Origin: Candidatus Aenigmatarchaeota archaeon
GTDB taxonomy: Archaea; Aenigmatarchaeota; Aenigmatarchaeia; GW2011-AR5
Length of the DNA: 30,274 nt
Assembly: GCA_043799385.1 (NCBI GenBank)
Contig: JAZDNV010000023.1
Coordinates: forward strand, 1-30,274
Direction: 5' to 3'
Under the pieces are notes generated by a model, which was given only the letters and a program-made list of their open reading frames with translations, made no database searches and had not been told where the DNA came from. The translations under genes were made by a program, and so were the position numbers. Of this stretch, positions 26,013-30,274 are shown in pieces. Each line of letters opens with the position of its first letter. The stretch's first letter is position 1.

Positions 26013-27173
26013 ATGAGATTCGCGCATCTTTCTGACTGCCATCTAGGAGCGTGGAGCAGCCACCCAGATTTGAAAGAGCTGCCGGCTCAGGCGTTCGAGA
26101 AGGCGATTGATCGCTGCATCGCCGAGCGAGTGGATTTTATTCTCATTTCAGGTGACCTTTTCGACAACGCCCTACCAGGTATCGATGTCCTCAGGCGTGC
26201 AGTCATAAAACTGAAACAATGCAAGGATAACGGAATAGCAATATATACGGTTGCAGGATCGCATGATTTCTCGCCCACGGGTAAGACGTTTCTGAGCGTT
26301 TTAGAAGATGCGGGTCTGATTGAAAACGTGAAGTTTGAAGAAAATGGAAAAGTGAAACTAAATTTTATAAAAGATGCGACAGGCGCAAAGATTGCCGGTA
26401 TTGTCGGCAGGAAAGGTGCCCTGGAGAAGGACTATTTTGAAAACCTAGAAGAGAGCAGCGAAGATGGGTTCAAGATATTCATGTTTCATTCAGCTGTAAA
26501 AGAGTTTCGTGGATTCGAAGACACAACGGCATTGCCATTAACGCTGCTTCCAAAAGGTTTTGATTACTATGCGTCTGGACACGTACACGACTATTCTGTC
26601 AACGACTTCAACGGAAAGAAAGTAGTTTTTCCAGGCGTTCTGTTCCCAACGAATTTCCAGGAGTTGGAGAAATATGATTCGGGTTTCTACATAGTTGAAG
26701 TCAATGACAGTATTGAAATAAAGCGGGTGGAGATACGACTGAATGATGTTGTATTGGTAAAGGTGAATGCAAACGGCAAATCGCCTATGCAGGTGGAAAA
26801 TGAGATAGTTGAAAAAACGGAAAAAGAGGATATCAAAAACGCTATCCTGCTGCTGAAAGTAGAAGGGTGTTTAGAGAACGGAAAGCCAAGCGATATAGAT
26901 TTCAAGAACATAACGTCGCTGGCTGCTGATGCATTAACAGTGAAGAAAAACACAAGCAAACTGACGTCAAAAGAATTTGAAGAGGTCGCAGTCAAGAGCG
27001 TCGCAATAGAAGAAATCGAGAAGGAGATAATCAAAAACCACGGAAAACCGTATGGCGAAGATTTTATTTTCGCGCTAATGAACGTCCTACAGGAAGAGAA
27101 GCTAGAGGACGAAACAAGCCATACATACGACGACAGGATAAAAAGTAATGTCAAGAAGGTTCTTGGGATATGA
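26013..27173 (+). CDS. mre11: DNA double-strand break repair nuclease Mre11
   Basis: HLSDCHLG, SGDLFD, GSHD, FH, GHVH; overlaps rad50 by 4 nt. Confidence 0.92.
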   Translation: MRFAHLSDCHLGAWSSHPDLKELPAQAFEKAIDRCIAERVDFILISGDLFDNALPGIDVLRRAVIKLKQCKDNGIAIYTVAGSHDFSPTGKTFLSVLEDAGLIENVKFEENGKVKLNFIKDATGAKIAGIVGRKGALEKDYFENLEESSEDGFKIFMFHSAVKEFRGFEDTTALPLTLLPKGFDYYASGHVHDYSVNDFNGKKVVFPGVLFPTNFQELEKYDSGFYIVEVNDSIEIKRVEIRLNDVVLVKVNANGKSPMQVENEIVEKTEKEDIKNAILLLKVEGCLENGKPSDIDFKNITSLAADALTVKKNTSKLTSKEFEEVAVKSVAIEEIEKEIIKNHGKPYGEDFIFALMNVLQEEKLEDETSHTYDDRIKSNVKKVLGI

Positions 27174-29191
27174 TAATAAAATCTCTGCGGCTTGGAAACA
27201 TACGCTCTTACATAGATGAGAAAATAGATTTTCCGCTTGGCTCGTTGCTGCTATCGGGCGATGTCGGCTCGGGCAAATCCACAATTTTACTGGCAATAGA
27301 CTACGCGCTCTTTGGGATAAGGCGTGGCGAGTTGTCAGGAGGCGATTTGTTGAGGCACGGCAAAAATTCCGGATTCGTCGAGCTTGACCTGATGATAGGC
27401 GACAATGATGTAAAAATAAGGAGAGAGTTGAAACGGGACCGCACGACTGTCAAGGACTCGTGCGCTCTTGGGATAAACGGCACTACAGAAGAATTTACTT
27501 CGTCTGAGATGAAGGCACGGGTTCTGGAATTGCTCGGTTATCCAAAAGATTTGCTTAAGAGGAACATACCGATTTTCCGATATACGGTATACACGCCGCA
27601 GGAGGAGATGAAACACATACTGCTGCACGCAGAGGACCGACTCGATACGCTAAGAAAAATATTCAATATAGACAAATATGGCAGGATAAAGGAAAACTCA
27701 AGGATGATGATAACAGAACTCAGGGCGATGAAAAGGGAGCTTGAGTCGTATACGCGCGACCTGGAAGAAAAGATAAGAGATAGGAATGAAAAATCCAAGA
27801 GCGAGAACGATATAACGACAGAACTCACGAGCGTCAATGGAAGACTGGATTCCATCAACAAGCGGCTGGAAGAAAAAAGAAATGATATAGAAAAAATCAA
27901 GTCAGAAATCGAAGAACTGAACAGAATAAATGGAGAGCTGATACATAAAGAAACTGACATGGGTAGCAGGGAGAGAAGACGATTGAAAATCAGCGCAGAC
28001 ATGACGGACATAAACAGCCGCATGGAAAAAATGGGGAAGGATCTTGAAAATTATAAAATAACGGAAAAGCCGCCGGCTGATGAAAACGAAATAAAAAACA
28101 GTATTTCTGCTTTAGAAAATGAAAAGTATTCGCTGGTATCAAAGACCGCAATAATCGATGAGGACGTAAAGAAACTCAGCGAGATATTCAAAAACGGCAT
28201 CTGCAAAACGTGCGGCCAGAAGGTTTCTGACCCGAAAGCGTTTGAAAACAACATGAATGAAAAAGCGTCATCACTGTCAGCACTAAAGCTGCATATAGAA
28301 GGCGTCACTAATGAAATCAAAAGGCTGAGAAACGTGCAGATAGAGACCAACAAATACATGATGGAAGCGGAAAAGAAGAAAAACTTGGAATATAATATAG
28401 CGGCGCTGGCCACTAATAAATCCAGCCTTGAAGAAGAGAACAGAACCCTGGTTGACGATATAACAAATCTCAAAAGCGACATCGATTTAATAAAAACAAA
28501 AATAGACCGTCTAGCAGGCGTGAGGGAAAGGTATGACGTGCTCGACAAGGAATCCCACGACATCCAGCAGGAAAGATTCAACGAAGTTAGAATAAAATCA
28601 CGGCTCGATCAGCAATTAGACGACACGAAAAAGCTGATTGTATCGCTAACAAAAGAAATTGATGAAAAGACGAATGGCAGGGAAAAGACGTCCAAATTGA
28701 ATGAGTTCGTAGCATGGATCGACGTGCAATTCGTAAATCTGGTGGAATCAATAGAAAAGAACGTAATGCTGACGATACAGCAAGAATTCAATAACTTATT
28801 CAGGGAATGGTTCAGCATGATAATGCAAGACGAAATTCTAACAGTAAAGATAGACGACAACTTCATGCCAATAATAGAGCAGAACGGATACGAGACTGAA
28901 TACCAGAATCTTTCCGGAGGCGAGAAGACTGCGGTTGCACTAGCCTATCGGCTTGCTCTGAACCGCGTAATCAACACGCTGATAGAAACGATAAAGACGA
29001 AAGACCTGCTTATCTTAGATGAGCCCATGGATGGTTTCAGCAGTGACCAGTTGGATCGCATAAAGGACGTCATAAGCGAGCTTAATATGAAGCAGATAAT
29101 CATCGTTTCCCATGATCCTAAGGTCGACACATTTGTCGATAATGTAATAAAGCTGTACAAGGACCAGCACATATCAAAGATTATGATATGA
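27170..29191 (+). CDS. rad50: DNA double-strand break repair ATPase Rad50
   Basis: Walker A GDVGSGKST, Q-loop, coiled coil with central zinc hook CKTCGQ, LSGGE, LILDEP, SHD. Confidence 0.92.
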   Translation: MIIKSLRLGNIRSYIDEKIDFPLGSLLLSGDVGSGKSTILLAIDYALFGIRRGELSGGDLLRHGKNSGFVELDLMIGDNDVKIRRELKRDRTTVKDSCALGINGTTEEFTSSEMKARVLELLGYPKDLLKRNIPIFRYTVYTPQEEMKHILLHAEDRLDTLRKIFNIDKYGRIKENSRMMITELRAMKRELESYTRDLEEKIRDRNEKSKSENDITTELTSVNGRLDSINKRLEEKRNDIEKIKSEIEELNRINGELIHKETDMGSRERRRLKISADMTDINSRMEKMGKDLENYKITEKPPADENEIKNSISALENEKYSLVSKTAIIDEDVKKLSEIFKNGICKTCGQKVSDPKAFENNMNEKASSLSALKLHIEGVTNEIKRLRNVQIETNKYMMEAEKKKNLEYNIAALATNKSSLEEENRTLVDDITNLKSDIDLIKTKIDRLAGVRERYDVLDKESHDIQQERFNEVRIKSRLDQQLDDTKKLIVSLTKEIDEKTNGREKTSKLNEFVAWIDVQFVNLVESIEKNVMLTIQQEFNNLFREWFSMIMQDEILTVKIDDNFMPIIEQNGYETEYQNLSGGEKTAVALAYRLALNRVINTLIETIKTKDLLILDEPMDGFSSDQLDRIKDVISELNMKQIIIVSHDPKVDTFVDNVIKLYKDQHISKIMI

Positions 29192-29193
29192 TT

Positions 29194-29583
29194 CTATATT
29201 TTCTTATTCTCCTTCTTCCAGACGTATTCTACCCTTTCTTCATGCAAGTGCCAGTCTTTTTTATCCCTGACAAAATTCCTTTCAACCACCTGAGCGATTC
29301 TGTGCGATTCTTTATCGACGTTCAATTTATACCTTTCAGTTATATATTTCTCCACAGCTTCGTGCACGAGCAGCGGTAAGATGTCTTCATCTTTAACTAT
29401 TTTATCTAAGTAGATATTCTTTCCGACGCGGGACCAGTTTGCCACATATTTTTCCTTTCTTCTGATAACCTTATTTCTGAGATGCGTATTGTCGTATACA
29501 AGAGAAATAACATTATTTTGGAATCTCGCATGAGTAGCTCTCTTTTTTGAAAGCTCTCTTATCAATCGTTTCCTGTCAATCAT
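29194..29583 (-). CDS. Hypothetical protein with an HExxE...H motif
   Basis: LLVHEAVE...ESHRIA...E. Confidence 0.65.
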   Translation of the reverse strand: MIDRKRLIRELSKKRATHARFQNNVISLVYDNTHLRNKVIRRKEKYVANWSRVGKNIYLDKIVKDEDILPLLVHEAVEKYITERYKLNVDKESHRIAQVVERNFVRDKKDWHLHEERVEYVWKKENKKI

Positions 29584-29638
29584 GAAAATATTTGCATCTC
29601 ATGGAATATAAAATTAAATCCAAGAAAAATCATTTTAA

Positions 29639-30274
29639 CTACCCCTTTATGCAGCCAAGCGGACGCAGACGCACGACTTTCTTTGACAGGCCTGCGCTAT
29701 GCACGGCATTTACAACTTCCTCGACAGGCTTGTAGGAATCAGGTGCTTCTTCGGCAAGACCTGGGAATGAATGCGCCTTGATATAGATTCCTTTTGCTTC
29801 CAGTTCTTTAACAAGCGTATCGCCGCGCCATCTCTTCTTTGCTGCGATCCTGCTCATCGTTCGACCAGAACCGTGGCACGTTGAACCGAACGCTTTCTCT
29901 TCGCCATGTTCTGTGCCGACAAGAATATAAGACGCAGTGCCCATTGTCCCGCCTATTATCACCGGCTGGCCGACACCCTGATAGACTTTTGGTAATTCCT
30001 TTCTATTCGGACCAAAAGCACGCGTGGCGCCTTTTCGATGGACATACACTTCTTTCATCTTTCCGTCTATGATGTGCTTCTCTTTCTTCACTGTGTTATG
30101 ACCAATATTATATAGCATGTCCAGTTTTGAATCAGGGAGAATCTTCTTGAATCCTTTTCTGATCAGATGCACAATGACCTGGCGGTTAGCGAAAGCGTAG
30201 TTTATTGCACAATTGACTGCTGATAAATACTTTTGCCCCTCAGGCGAGTTTATTGGTGCACAGACTAATTCTTT
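29639..30274 (-). CDS. rtcB: RNA-splicing ligase RtcB (3' part; runs off the window)
   Basis: NYAFANR, HN, HRKGATRAF, GGTMG, HGSGR, EEAP..YK, L.P...IKG; the frame is open to the window edge. Confidence 0.95.
   Translation of the reverse strand, partial: KELVCAPINSPEGQKYLSAVNCAINYAFANRQVIVHLIRKGFKKILPDSKLDMLYNIGHNTVKKEKHIIDGKMKEVYVHRKGATRAFGPNRKELPKVYQGVGQPVIIGGTMGTASYILVGTEHGEEKAFGSTCHGSGRTMSRIAAKKRWRGDTLVKELEAKGIYIKAHSFPGLAEEAPDSYKPVEEVVNAVHSAGLSKKVVRLRPLGCIKG

Overview
Gene-dense chromosomal segment of an archaeon with DPANN-like character. Evidence for this: GGTGA/GAGGTG Shine-Dalgarno motifs, rpoE'-spt4-rps24e-rps27ae-kae1, aIF5A, Cdc6 and Cys-rich surface proteins; the lineage itself is an inference. 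Recognisable genes are hisG, ftsZ, guaB, purA, ogg (interrupted by one in-frame TAG), a TRAM protein, DUF192, cdc6, a PIN protein, a K+-independent membrane H+-PPase, rpoE', spt4, rps24e, rps27ae, a HAD phosphatase, a stand-alone LigD phosphoesterase, kae1, aIF5A, a type IV pilin, nth, mre11, rad50 and a partial rtcB. The most interesting signals lie below the 60-aa ORF cutoff or between genes. (1) A cluster of 33-53 aa zinc-finger micro-proteins plus an RHH micro-regulator at 148-2414. (2) A second, 73%-identical copy of one 33-aa zinc micro-protein at 13341-13442 (-), preceded by a GC-rich leader with riboswitch/attenuator-like architecture. (3) Three ~90-bp intergenic elements bounded by GCTTTG-NNN-AAAA inverted repeats whose NNN positions co-vary within each copy; two have ~9-bp flanking direct repeats and the ends resemble IS903. 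No tRNA, rRNA, CRISPR array or transposase was seen.
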